A stretch of DNA of 64,000 nt from Longimicrobiales bacterium (lineage in GTDB: Bacteria; Gemmatimonadota; Gemmatimonadetes; Longimicrobiales; Gaopeijiaceae): contig CBDFIQ010000001.1 in assembly GCA_965248195.1 (NCBI GenBank), positions 512,001-576,000 on the forward strand, in the 5' to 3' direction. The notes below the pieces were generated by a model. That model did not search any database. It was not told the DNA's origin and was given only the letters and a program-made list of their open reading frames with translations. Below, in pieces: positions 25,852 to 35,988 of this stretch. Position numbers and translations under genes: made by a program. Numbering within the stretch: position 1 is the stretch's first letter; the number at the start of each line of letters is the position of its first letter.

Positions 25852-28800
25852 TCATTCTGATGCCGCCGGCGTCCCCTCGCCACCCGTGGCCATGCGCGAA
25901 ATTTCACGCACCGCCACCGCAAGTCCTGAAATAGAGATGGCGTCCTCCGCCCTGATTTCCTCCATTAGATCGCGGAAGCGAACGAACTCACTCGTGCCTG
26001 TGTCGATTCCGCCGTCCTCACCGCACGACTTCAGTGCCCGCCAGGTCAGGCGATAGTGAGCGCGGCTCAGATCCTCAGCCAGGGCTTGCGCGGCCCGCTG
26101 CTCCCACCTGTCCTCCCCCGCGGACCCGAAGATCGCCTGCCGAAGCCATGGAACATGGAAAAGTTCAGATGCTCGGTAGTACGCACGTCCGGCCACCAGC
26201 GGTTTCGCGCCTGTTTCCTGGGCCACCCGCAAGATCTCGAGAAGTTGATCGAGAAATCGAAGCGTGATGAGACTCTTCGCGAGATCCGGGTCGGCTCCGT
26301 GACGCTCGATTTCGGCTAACCTTCGTTCGAATACGACCCGGTCATCCCCGGTCACAAACTCTGCGAAGTCGGCCCGCAACCTCCCGAGCCCGTGCCCGTG
26401 GCGCTCGATGACAGTGGCTGTCTGTTCGTTAACCTCGACGTTGAGCAGCAGCCAACGGGTGGTGCGTTCGAGCACACGAGCGAGGCCCAGCAGCCACCGA
26501 TAGGCAACGCTCGACGGCAGCGCGTCACCCTCACCGCTGACGCGTCGGGCCAGGGCGGCGTGGTCGGCAAGCCTGGCAGCGATCAGCCAAGCTCCAGCGA
26601 CCTCGGAGGGGGTGCGCCCTGTATCTCGCGAAACACGATTCACGAAGGTGGCGCCCATGAGATCGACGAGGTCGTTCGTGAGTTCGCAGGCGATGATTTC
26701 GCGACGCAGCCGATGGCGAGCGAGGCTCTCCTCGCCAGCCGCCTCCATTGCGGCAGCCGGAAAGTAATTCCGCAGGTAATCCTCGGCCGCCGGATCGTCC
26801 GGAAGGTCACTATTCAGCAAGCGACCCATCAGGTCGAGCTTGACGTACGCCAGGAGCACACAGAGCTCGGGGCGTGCCAGAGACCGGCCGAGCTCTTCGA
26901 GCCGAGTCCAGAGTACCTCCCACGTGGGGAGATTCTCAGCCGCCCGGTCGAGACCCCCTGTCTTCTCGAGCGAGGACATGACATCCCGAAAGTCATCCTG
27001 CCCGTCCTTGGCTCGGAGCTCGTCCAGAGATATCGCAAGGCTCTGGCTCTCGTTGTCGGCCAACACGAATGTCGCGACAGGGTCGGTCAATTCCTCCAGA
27101 ACGCGATTTCGGCGCTCCTCGTCCATGGACCCCGATCCGACCGAGTGTCCGAAGAGGATCTTGAGATTCACCTCGCGGTCGGAGAGGTCCACCCCGCCGG
27201 AGTTGTCCAAGGCATCCGTATTGATCCGACCGCGGCGTAGCGCGAAATCGATGCGGGCGCGCTGTGTGAAGCCGAGGTTGCCGCCCTCCCCTACGACTCG
27301 ACACCGCAACTCATCGGAGCTGACACGAACGGCATCGTTGGGCGGATCGCCCGCGTCGGCATTCGACTCGTCAGGGGCCTTCACGTAGGTGCCGACTCCA
27401 CCGCTCCAAAGAAGCTCGGCGGGAGCACGAAGCACGGCCTGAATCAGCGACTCGCCGTCCAGGGCTCCTGCATCATCCGGAATACCCAATACTTTTTTGG
27501 CCGCGGGCGTAAGATCCACTTCCTTTGCGCCCCGTGGAACGATCATCGCGCCCTCGCTCATGCAACTCCGATCGTAGTCCTCCCAGCTCGAGGGCCCGAG
27601 ACGAAAGACCCGCTCCCGCTCGCGGAAAGCGATCTCCGGGTCGGGAGCAGGATCGATGAAGACGTGCCGGTGGTCGAACGCAGCAATCAGCTTGATATGC
27701 CTCGAAAGAAGCATCCCGTTTCCGAAAACGTCACCGCTCATGTCCCCGATGCCCACGACCGTGAAGGGTTCGGACTGAATATCCTTCCCCCGCTCGCGGA
27801 AGTGGCGCTTCACGCACTCCCAAACACCGCGTGCGGTGATCCCGACCGTCTTGTGGTCGTATCCCGTGGATCCTCCCGAGGCGAAAGCATCTCCCAGCCA
27901 GAATCCGTATTCAGCCGCGACCGCATTGGCCACATCGGAGTAGCGCGACGTACCCTTATCCGCAGCAACCACCAGGTACGGATCGGGCGGGTCCCAGCAC
28001 ACAACGCTCTCGGGCGGCACCGTTGTGCCGTCGACGTCCAGGTTGTCTGTGAGATCGAGCAGGCCCCGGATCAAAGTCTTGTACTGCTCCAAGGCCTCGT
28101 CGGCCATCTCCTCCCTGTTGTGCAGCGTCCGTAGGGTGATGAACCCCCCCTTGGATCCGGCCGGAACGATGACCGCATTCTTGACCATCTGGGTGTTGAC
28201 GAGTCCGAGGATCTCGGTACGGAAGTCATCCCGGCGATCACTGTAGCGGATCCCTCCGCGGGCAACCAACGCGCCCCGCAGGTGAACCCCCTCCAGCCTC
28301 GAGGATCGCACCCACACCTCAGAGAGGAGCCTTGTCGGTGCGATGTCCTGGAGCTCTCCTACGGCGATCTTGAAGGATACGTACGGCACGCCCCCCGATC
28401 GGCGCGTTGGAGCCCGCCCTCCGTTCCGGAAAAAATTCGTGCGCACTGTGGCGGAGACGAGGGCGGACATCCTCCGGAGCGCCCGATCATCCGCGAGAAG
28501 CGACACCGACGTCATGAGCTGCGTCAGCAGCGACGTGAGATCGTCGACGAGTTCCCTGCGCCGCTCGAGGGACCCGCCGTCGAGGTCGAACTTCGCCTTG
28601 AAAATCTCGAAGAGAACCCGTGTGATATTCGAATAGGATAGCAGGGCGGTTGGAAGAGAGAGGCGACTCGGGACCACCCCTAGTTGGAACGCGTATGCGG
28701 CGTACGCCCTCAGGACATCCACCTCCCGCCATGAGAGGCCCACGAGAAGAACGAGCGCGTTGAGCGCATCGTTCGTGGCGTCGCCACGCCGCACCGCGAG

Positions 28801-30822
28801 AATTGCCTCGGTTAGCCGGGTCCCCTGGTCGTCCGCATCCAACGGAGATCCCGTGGCGTCCTGTACGGAAAAGGAGTAGATGACCGCAGCCGGGGCCTTC
28901 GCACCGCTGATCGGGTAGGGCGTAACGGCGATGACCCGCAGGCCCACATTTTCCAAAATCGGCATGAAATCCGAGAGGATGAGCCGCTCTCCCCGGAGGT
29001 AGAGCTTGAGTTGGGTCGTGGGACCGAGGGCCTCGGGCCCGTCGGCATGGGTCTTTCCGGCGTCGTCCCGGTCAGCGTTGGCGTCTTCAGCCTCATCCCT
29101 ATCGACCTCGGCCCCACGATCGCCGGAAAACGAGATGGACACCATACGATCATCCGCGACCATCCCCTCGAGCTCCAGGATGTCCTGAACGGCCACATCG
29201 GGATCGGTCGACGCCCTGTACTCCGGGCTGAACGCCTCGCCATAGCGGCCCGCAAGACGCTGCGCTTCATCGGCCGGCCGCACTCTCTCGAGACCGCTGC
29301 GCACACGGTCAGACCAGGACCGGATGATCTCCGTGACCTCGGTCTCGAGGTCACGGCTCTCCACCCGCGACACCGACTCTGCTGGCGCAGCCAGGTGAAA
29401 ATGGAGACGGGCCTGGTCTCCCTGGCCCAGTGCTAAATGGTAATTCAGAACCTCCGCCTGAAACCGTTTGATCAACGCTTCTTCGATGGCCCCCCGGACT
29501 TCGCCTGAAAAGCTATCCTTCGGAAGGATCACCATGACCGAAACACCCCGGCGCAGGGGGTCCTCGCGCAAGGTCACGTGAACATCGCCCGTGTGGTACG
29601 ACGTGAGCACGATCTGAATGTCGGCGGCGATCTGGTCGGCCGACGAAAGAAAGAGTTCCTCCTTCGGCATAGAGCTGAAGATCGTGTTGATTTCCTTGTA
29701 GTCGTGCGATCCTTCCTGCGCATCCGCACCCTCGAGAATCATTTGGAGCTTGCGCCGGAGTATGGGAATCTTGTTGGAGTCCTCTACGTAGGCCTTGGAC
29801 GTAAAGAGACCGATGAACCGGTGTTCCCCCGCGACCTCGCCGTCGCTCGAGAGCTTCTTGACCCCGATATAGTCCATCCGGACCAATCGGTGTACGGTCG
29901 AGTGGGCGCTGGTCTTGGTGATGATCAGCAGGGGACCTCCCATCACCAGGTCCCTCGTGTCCGCGTCGGTTTCACTGACGAGAACAGGCTCGGCGAACTG
30001 CGATTCAGCCTCGTTCCGGAGCACCCCAAGGCCCGACCCCGGCTGTACGACGATCGCGGGACCATCGTCGAGCTCCACGATGTCGTATTCGCGGTAACCC
30101 AGAAATACGAAGGCGCCGTCCCGAATCCACCGGAGGAACGTCTGCACCTCCTCCAACTCCTCACGCAGGTCGGGCAGTGCCCCGTCGTATTCGGCAAGCT
30201 CGACCACGGTGCTGTTTACCGCGTCGATCATAGGGTGGAAGTCGTCCGTGACCCGGACCACATCCTCGAGGCGTCGGCTCGCCTCGATCCGGAGTGCCTC
30301 CCGCGCTCCGGCATCCATGATCCGCGAGACCTCACAGTAGACCAGGGACTCAACGCTCTCACCGTTCTTGGCAGGTCCTACGCTGATTATCTCACTGCTG
30401 GCGTTCCTCTCCACGTGCATGACCGGGTAGATGAGATGCTCGATCGATACGTCCTCGTCGTGGAGGAACTCGCGAAGGGAATCCACGATGAAGGGGCGCT
30501 CGGATATGCTGGTCCTCAGGACCGTTACCGGCGCGTACCAGCCCTCGTCGTCCACCTCAGGATTGAAGATATCGACGTCCACACGGTCCGGGTGGCTGTC
30601 CTGCAAGAACCGCCAGGCACCGAGGGCGATGTGGGCGAGGGTATCCTCACTCCGTCCGGAAAGAAATTCCTTGGTGGCCCTGGAAAGGAAAATTTCGGTG
30701 AAGGCGACCACCGACTCCGCCTCATTCGGATCGACCTGCCGCTCGAGTTGGCGGCATACGGCGTCAATCGTCGGAGACTCTTCACGGAGGCGGTGAGCCA
30801 CCGCGTTGGAGGTGTCGCTCAT
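25852..30822 (-). CDS. gdhB: Large NAD-specific glutamate dehydrogenase
   Basis: 1656 aa; ARGGIRYSDR, QMVKNAVIVP.GSKGGF, YLVVAADKGT, GIGDMSGDVFGNGML, EGGNLG. Confidence 0.95.
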   Translation of the reverse strand: MSDTSNAVAHRLREESPTIDAVCRQLERQVDPNEAESVVAFTEIFLSRATKEFLSGRSEDTLAHIALGAWRFLQDSHPDRVDVDIFNPEVDDEGWYAPVTVLRTSISERPFIVDSLREFLHDEDVSIEHLIYPVMHVERNASSEIISVGPAKNGESVESLVYCEVSRIMDAGAREALRIEASRRLEDVVRVTDDFHPMIDAVNSTVVELAEYDGALPDLREELEEVQTFLRWIRDGAFVFLGYREYDIVELDDGPAIVVQPGSGLGVLRNEAESQFAEPVLVSETDADTRDLVMGGPLLIITKTSAHSTVHRLVRMDYIGVKKLSSDGEVAGEHRFIGLFTSKAYVEDSNKIPILRRKLQMILEGADAQEGSHDYKEINTIFSSMPKEELFLSSADQIAADIQIVLTSYHTGDVHVTLREDPLRRGVSVMVILPKDSFSGEVRGAIEEALIKRFQAEVLNYHLALGQGDQARLHFHLAAPAESVSRVESRDLETEVTEIIRSWSDRVRSGLERVRPADEAQRLAGRYGEAFSPEYRASTDPDVAVQDILELEGMVADDRMVSISFSGDRGAEVDRDEAEDANADRDDAGKTHADGPEALGPTTQLKLYLRGERLILSDFMPILENVGLRVIAVTPYPISGAKAPAAVIYSFSVQDATGSPLDADDQGTRLTEAILAVRRGDATNDALNALVLLVGLSWREVDVLRAYAAYAFQLGVVPSRLSLPTALLSYSNITRVLFEIFKAKFDLDGGSLERRRELVDDLTSLLTQLMTSVSLLADDRALRRMSALVSATVRTNFFRNGGRAPTRRSGGVPYVSFKIAVGELQDIAPTRLLSEVWVRSSRLEGVHLRGALVARGGIRYSDRRDDFRTEILGLVNTQMVKNAVIVPAGSKGGFITLRTLHNREEMADEALEQYKTLIRGLLDLTDNLDVDGTTVPPESVVCWDPPDPYLVVAADKGTSRYSDVANAVAAEYGFWLGDAFASGGSTGYDHKTVGITARGVWECVKRHFRERGKDIQSEPFTVVGIGDMSGDVFGNGMLLSRHIKLIAAFDHRHVFIDPAPDPEIAFRERERVFRLGPSSWEDYDRSCMSEGAMIVPRGAKEVDLTPAAKKVLGIPDDAGALDGESLIQAVLRAPAELLWSGGVGTYVKAPDESNADAGDPPNDAVRVSSDELRCRVVGEGGNLGFTQRARIDFALRRGRINTDALDNSGGVDLSDREVNLKILFGHSVGSGSMDEERRNRVLEELTDPVATFVLADNESQSLAISLDELRAKDGQDDFRDVMSSLEKTGGLDRAAENLPTWEVLWTRLEELGRSLARPELCVLLAYVKLDLMGRLLNSDLPDDPAAEDYLRNYFPAAAMEAAGEESLARHRLRREIIACELTNDLVDLMGATFVNRVSRDTGRTPSEVAGAWLIAARLADHAALARRVSGEGDALPSSVAYRWLLGLARVLERTTRWLLLNVEVNEQTATVIERHGHGLGRLRADFAEFVTGDDRVVFERRLAEIERHGADPDLAKSLITLRFLDQLLEILRVAQETGAKPLVAGRAYYRASELFHVPWLRQAIFGSAGEDRWEQRAAQALAEDLSRAHYRLTWRALKSCGEDGGIDTGTSEFVRFRDLMEEIRAEDAISISGLAVAVREISRMATGGEGTPAASE

Positions 30823-30920
30823 GGGTAGGCCGGTCTGAGCTTGGTCGCTTCAGGACCGCGATCAAGTGGGGAATTAAGGCTCTTTCACCGTACACCTGAA
30901 AGATAGAGACGGGTGACAGG

Positions 30921-30972
30921 CCGGTTCAACCCTGGTCGACGCCGGCGCGACCCGTTCAACCCTGGCCGACGC
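30921..30972. repeat. 22-bp direct repeat (20/22 identical, 30-bp period) in a divergent intergenic region
   Basis: ccggttcaaccctggtcgacgc / cccgttcaaccctggccgacgc. Confidence 0.85.
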
Positions 30973-31030
30973 ACACCCGGATCTTCTAGCTTGAAGTGCC
31001 GATCCACGCTTTGACCCTTCTAGGCAATTG

Positions 31031-32287
31031 ATGCGCTTTCTTCATGCGGCCGACGTACATCTGGACTCTCCGTGCTCGAGCCGGTCGGAGACGGTCCGCC
31101 ATCAGCTGAGGGACGCGTCGCGCCTGGCCTTCCAGCGGCTCGTCGATCTGGCGCTCAGCGAGCGCGTGGATGCGGTACTGATCGCAGGCGACCTCTTCGA
31201 CGACGAGCGCCTCTCGTTTCAGACCGAACGCTTCTTGCTGGAGCAGCTGCATCGCTTGGACACCGAAGAAATTCCTGTCGTTTACGCCACGGGAAACCAT
31301 GATCCCGGACGAGCCGGGCTTCGCTCCCTCGAACTGCCTTGGCCGGGCAACGTGACCACTGCTCGAGACAGGACGCCGGTCCGCATCAACATCGAGGGTG
31401 CCGGTCGCGATTCTGAAGATCGGGAGGTTCGAGGAGTGGTAACTGCGGCCGGGCACGAGACGGCCACCGAGAGGGGCGATCTTTCAACAGTCTTTCCGAC
31501 CCCCGAGGGGCGTCTAGCCGAGATCGCCGTCCTCCATACTCAGGTCGTCGATTCGCCGGGGTCGGCCGCCCACCAGAGTTATGCGCCTTCCCGACTCGAC
31601 GGACTCCGGAGCTCCGGTCACGACTATTGGGCGTTGGGACACGTCCATAAGCGCTCGGTTCTGTGTGAGCACCCGGGCATCCACTATTCTGGAAACCTAC
31701 AGGGGCGGACGCATGGCGAACGGGGTGCGAAGGGTTGCCTGCTCGTCGAGGTACAGCCGGGAGCGCCACCCGATGTGGAGTTCAAGAGGCTGGCGCCGAT
31801 TCAGTGGGAGGACGTCGAGATACGCGACCCATCCGAAGCGACGACGCTCGACGCACTGATCGAAACGGTTGCGGGGGAGTGGGACGAGGTGACCGGGGGT
31901 GAGAGCGGGACCGATTGGATCGGCCGGATTCGCATCTCAGGCGCGACGCCTCTCTGGCGGGAGCTGTCCTGGGACGACGACCAGAACCATCTGCGCGATG
32001 AACTCGTCTACCGCCTCGGCCTGTTGGATCTCACCCTCGAAATCGGGGGCGTCTTCTCGCTGGTTCGTGCCGACGAGCTCCGGGCGCGCAAAGACGTTCT
32101 CGGTCAGACCCTGCGGCTGGTACAGGACGTCCGCACCGGCAGCGCCCGCCTCGCCGGTCTGTCCCCCGAGCAGCTCATAGGACTCGTCGAGCCCGAGCGG
32201 CTCCACGAGTACGTCGAAGAGCTCCTCGACACCGGAGAAGCGGAGATCGTCTCCAGGATGTACAAGAACGTCGGGGAGGAGAGGTGA
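31031..32287 (+). CDS. SbcD/Mre11-like metallophosphoesterase (YhaO-like)
   Basis: ADVHLD, AGDLFD, GNHD, ALGHVH. Confidence 0.92.
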   Translation: MRFLHAADVHLDSPCSSRSETVRHQLRDASRLAFQRLVDLALSERVDAVLIAGDLFDDERLSFQTERFLLEQLHRLDTEEIPVVYATGNHDPGRAGLRSLELPWPGNVTTARDRTPVRINIEGAGRDSEDREVRGVVTAAGHETATERGDLSTVFPTPEGRLAEIAVLHTQVVDSPGSAAHQSYAPSRLDGLRSSGHDYWALGHVHKRSVLCEHPGIHYSGNLQGRTHGERGAKGCLLVEVQPGAPPDVEFKRLAPIQWEDVEIRDPSEATTLDALIETVAGEWDEVTGGESGTDWIGRIRISGATPLWRELSWDDDQNHLRDELVYRLGLLDLTLEIGGVFSLVRADELRARKDVLGQTLRLVQDVRTGSARLAGLSPEQLIGLVEPERLHEYVEELLDTGEAEIVSRMYKNVGEER

Positions 32288-34968
32288 AGTTCGAGCGGGT
32301 TCAGGCCCGGGCGTTCGGACGGCTCGAGGATTTCGACTCGGGATCCACTCCACTGGGCGCACTCAACGTGGTCGTAGGACCGAACGAGTCAGGAAAAACC
32401 ACGTTTTTCCACCTTCTGCACTCGATCATCTTCGGCCTGTATCCCGCGTCCAAAGACCAGCATCCCTACACGCCCTGGAGTGGCCGCGACCTCGACTTGG
32501 AAGCTGAGGTACGGCTCGACAGCGGGGAAGAATGGACCATCCAAAGGAAACTCGCCGGGTCTCCCACAGGGCGGCTGACGCGAAACGGGGGCGTCGAAAG
32601 CCTCCGCAACCACACGCTGGCCTGCGCGAACCATGTGACGCGCGAGGTCTTCCGCCAAGTCTTCGCGTTGACGCTCACGGAAGTCGCCTCCCTCGAATCC
32701 CACGCTTGGACCGAGATCCAGGACCGGCTCATCGGCGGCATGGGGGCCCGCGACCTCGTGCCCGCTCGCTCGGTCGCCGAGGCGCTGGAAACAGAGGCCC
32801 AAGGTCTCTGGCGCACGAACCGCCGCGGAAAGCAAACAATCCGTGTGCTGCGGGAACGGATTCGCGTCGCCAGAGCGGCTCGTAGCGAGGCCCTCGAAGC
32901 CGACCGTCTCCTGCGAGAGTCGATGCGGGAATTGGAACAGACCAAGGAGACGCTCAGGGCCGCGCGTTTCGAGAGAGAGCAAAAACGCCTCCTGATCGAA
33001 CGGATCACGCAGCTGCTTCCCATCCAAGAGCGGATGGATCAGGCCGCGAGGCTCGAAGCGGAGGCCGGACCCCCTGGTGGACTCCACGGCCTCCCCACCG
33101 ATCCTTCAGCAGAGCGCGAACGGCTGGTGGCTGAGGTCGCCACATTGGAAGAGCGCCTCGAGAAAACCCAGGCCGACGCCGAGGAGCCTCAGGCGCGGGT
33201 AGAGGGGTTCTCGTCCGACCACCGGGCGATCCTGAAGGCGCGCAGGAGAATCGAGGAGATCAACGGCGCCACGGCAGCGGCTGGACCGGTGAGCGCACGC
33301 CTCAGCACCCTCGATCAGGAGGTCCGGGATCGGCAAGGCCGAATCACGTCGGACGCCCCCAAGATCTTCGAGCAGACGCTTACCTCTGAGGAAGAATCCA
33401 CCTTACGGAGACTCGAGGTGCGCGATCTCCACGATCGGGTTCGGGACGCATCAGGCGCACGGGACCGGGTGCGGGAGCATGCCATTCGTGGAACGCTGGG
33501 AGGGGCGCTCCCGGAGGCCTCCGCCCGTACCCTCGCCGCCGGCCTCGCCGCGGGGGTGGTGGCGGCCCTGCTGCTGCTTCGGCCCGCGGGTGCCCCCTGG
33601 GAAAGAGGGCTCGGCGTTTTCCTGATGGTGGCCGCAAGTATGGCGTGCGCCCGGTGGTGGACGCTCCGCCAAGCTCGACGCCAAGGCGCCCCCAGAGAGG
33701 GTGCCGGATCCGCTGCCGGTGCCAGGCTTGAGCGGGAGTCCGAAAAGGCGGCTGCCGCTCTTCGCGACTTCCTCTCGGGCCTGCCCGTTCGTTCGGAGAT
33801 TCTCGCTGAGGCGGGACCGGAGTTCGTAGCGACCTTCACGCGGCTTCAGGATTTATTGGAGGAACTGGATACACGGGCGAGAGAGACGGACGAAGCGAGG
33901 GCGACCCTCGAGAGTATGGATGACCGGCTTAGCGAACTCACCCAGCATCTTGGAATCGAGCTCCCTCATGCCAGGGAAGCCGCGATCCATGTTCTCCAGA
34001 CCCGGCTACTGGAAGCGGAGCGAGCCAAGGAGGCATCGGGAGGGGCCCGCGCCGAGCTCGATCGCGTGAACCGCCACCTGGCCGATCTCAAGGCGGAGTT
34101 GGCCAGTCGGACGCAGGCCCTTCAGTCGTTGGACCAGGTACTCCGCTCGCTGGGCGGTGAGGACATCGCGGCCGGCGCCGAGGCCGCCGTGCGCATGCGG
34201 CGGGCAGGTGAGAAGGCGACGGAGCTCCGGGCCGATCTCGAGCAGTCCCACCCGAACCTGGACGCCCTGCTGGATCGCCTGGCAGAGCTAGAAGATGTCG
34301 ATGGGGGCCAGCCAGGGGACGACACGCTGGCCGAGGCCAGGATCGCCGTCGAGGAATTGTCGGACCGGATCGAGACGCTGGCTGGGCAGGTCCAAGCCCT
34401 CCAAAACGTATATGAGAGGGCGGCCGAGCGGACGGCGGCGGATCAGATCGATGGCGAGATCGACGCCCTCGAGAATGAGGTGCGGCGCTTGGAGCTCGAG
34501 CACGACCGCAAAATCGTCCTCGCCCATGCCATTCGGCAGGCGGATAGTCGCTTCCGGGAGGACCACCAACCCGACGTCGTTCGTAGAGCCTCCGGCTACC
34601 TCGCTACCATTACCGATCACCGGTACGACCGAATCATGGTCGGTGATTCCGGTGAGTTCTACGTCCGACGGTCGTGCGATGGTGGTAACCTAGCTACGGT
34701 GGCGGCGGGGAGCCTCTCCACCGGAGCAACCCAACAACTCTATCTGGCCATGCGCCTGGCAATCATGAGTCACCTCGACCACGATCGCGAGCGCCTCCCG
34801 GTGTTCATCGATGAGGCCCTCGTGAATTGGGACGCAGCGCGACGGGTGCGGGGCTTTCAACTCCTTCGCGAGCTTTCGCAGACGAGGCAGGTTTTTGTAA
34901 TGACCTGTCACGAGCGCTGGGCCGAGGAGTTGATCGACGCGGGCGCGAACCGGGTGGACCTCACGTGA
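32284..34968 (+). CDS. SMC/Rad50-like AAA ATPase (YhaN-like)
   Basis: Walker A GPNESGKTT, coiled coils, central TM hairpin, LSTGATQQL signature, IDEALVNWD. Confidence 0.92.
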   Translation: MKFERVQARAFGRLEDFDSGSTPLGALNVVVGPNESGKTTFFHLLHSIIFGLYPASKDQHPYTPWSGRDLDLEAEVRLDSGEEWTIQRKLAGSPTGRLTRNGGVESLRNHTLACANHVTREVFRQVFALTLTEVASLESHAWTEIQDRLIGGMGARDLVPARSVAEALETEAQGLWRTNRRGKQTIRVLRERIRVARAARSEALEADRLLRESMRELEQTKETLRAARFEREQKRLLIERITQLLPIQERMDQAARLEAEAGPPGGLHGLPTDPSAERERLVAEVATLEERLEKTQADAEEPQARVEGFSSDHRAILKARRRIEEINGATAAAGPVSARLSTLDQEVRDRQGRITSDAPKIFEQTLTSEEESTLRRLEVRDLHDRVRDASGARDRVREHAIRGTLGGALPEASARTLAAGLAAGVVAALLLLRPAGAPWERGLGVFLMVAASMACARWWTLRQARRQGAPREGAGSAAGARLERESEKAAAALRDFLSGLPVRSEILAEAGPEFVATFTRLQDLLEELDTRARETDEARATLESMDDRLSELTQHLGIELPHAREAAIHVLQTRLLEAERAKEASGGARAELDRVNRHLADLKAELASRTQALQSLDQVLRSLGGEDIAAGAEAAVRMRRAGEKATELRADLEQSHPNLDALLDRLAELEDVDGGQPGDDTLAEARIAVEELSDRIETLAGQVQALQNVYERAAERTAADQIDGEIDALENEVRRLELEHDRKIVLAHAIRQADSRFREDHQPDVVRRASGYLATITDHRYDRIMVGDSGEFYVRRSCDGGNLATVAAGSLSTGATQQLYLAMRLAIMSHLDHDRERLPVFIDEALVNWDAARRVRGFQLLRELSQTRQVFVMTCHERWAEELIDAGANRVDLT

Positions 34969-35852
34969 CTTCAGCGTCCGAGTCCAGCCGGTACGCCCTT
35001 CCGCTGCACGTCGAGGAATACGGAGACGGGCCCCGGCAAATCATGATGCTGCATGGCTTCGGAGCGAACTCATACACGTGGCGGGGTTGGATCGGGGCAC
35101 TCGCGAAGAACCACAGGGTGTGGTCGGTGGAACTGAAGGGCCACGGTTCGGCGCCGGCACCACCCGACGACCTTTACTCGCTCTACGATCATGCCGACCT
35201 CGTGCACCGTCTGATCCTGCAAAAGGACCTCCGTCAACTCACCCTCGTCGGTCATTCCATGGGTGGGGGCATCGCGCTCCTGGTCGCGCTCCGACTCCTG
35301 GACGAGGGGCGCATGGAACGGCTGGTTCTCGTGTCCAGCGCGGCCTACCCGCAGCGCCTTCCCCCATTTATCGCCTTGGCCACGCGAGGGCGCCTGTCAG
35401 AGTGGGGGTTTCGCTTCTTCCCGAAGCGCCTCTTGATCCGTCGGGTCCTGCGCTCCATCGTCTTCGACCCGCAGGGTGTGACGGACGCTCAAGTCACGGC
35501 CTATGCAGAGCCGCTTTACAGTCCAGCCCACCGCACAGCCTTGATAAAGACCGCAGGGCGGATCATACCTCCGGATCTCGCGGAGTTGACGAAGCGCATT
35601 CCCGAGATCGCACTGCCCACGTTGCTCCTGTGGGGAAGGCACGACTGGGTCGTCCCTCTGGAGGTGGCCGAGCGACTCCTCGCGGCCCTTCCGAGGGCGC
35701 GACTCGAAGTTCTCGAACACTGTGGGCACGTTCCCTCGGAGGAATCGCCGAAGGAATCGCTCGAGATCGTCCTGAAGTTTCTCAGGGGTGAGGGGGAGAA
35801 TCCTTCGCCACGAACCCTGGACACGTCAGGACCGGCAGGGGGGGATATTTAG
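34965..35852 (+). CDS. Alpha/beta hydrolase
   Basis: LHGFG, GHSMGG, WGRHD, CGHVP; GTGA overlap with the yhaN-like gene. Confidence 0.9.
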   Translation: MTSASESSRYALPLHVEEYGDGPRQIMMLHGFGANSYTWRGWIGALAKNHRVWSVELKGHGSAPAPPDDLYSLYDHADLVHRLILQKDLRQLTLVGHSMGGGIALLVALRLLDEGRMERLVLVSSAAYPQRLPPFIALATRGRLSEWGFRFFPKRLLIRRVLRSIVFDPQGVTDAQVTAYAEPLYSPAHRTALIKTAGRIIPPDLAELTKRIPEIALPTLLLWGRHDWVVPLEVAERLLAALPRARLEVLEHCGHVPSEESPKESLEIVLKFLRGEGENPSPRTLDTSGPAGGDI

Positions 35853-35988
35853 GGAAGCGGGGGTCCTCCGCCGAGCGCTCACACCGGTAGAAGACCGATC
35901 CTCGCCGGTTTTCGACGAGTCGCACGAATGAGCACGTGCTGCAAAGCCCCACCTCACGGCGGACCCCGCGCGTTTCCTCCGCGCTCAC
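35782..35988 (-). CDS. Small Cys-rich protein
   Basis: GLCSTC...FYRC...FPKYPPLPVLTC; GTGA-coupled to the upstream gene. Confidence 0.7.
   Translation of the reverse strand: MSAEETRGVRREVGLCSTCSFVRLVENRRGSVFYRCERSAEDPRFPKYPPLPVLTCPGFVAKDSPPHP

Noticed and set aside
29578..30828. 416-aa ORF antisense to gdhB
   Set aside because: Shadow ORF with no recognisable motifs.
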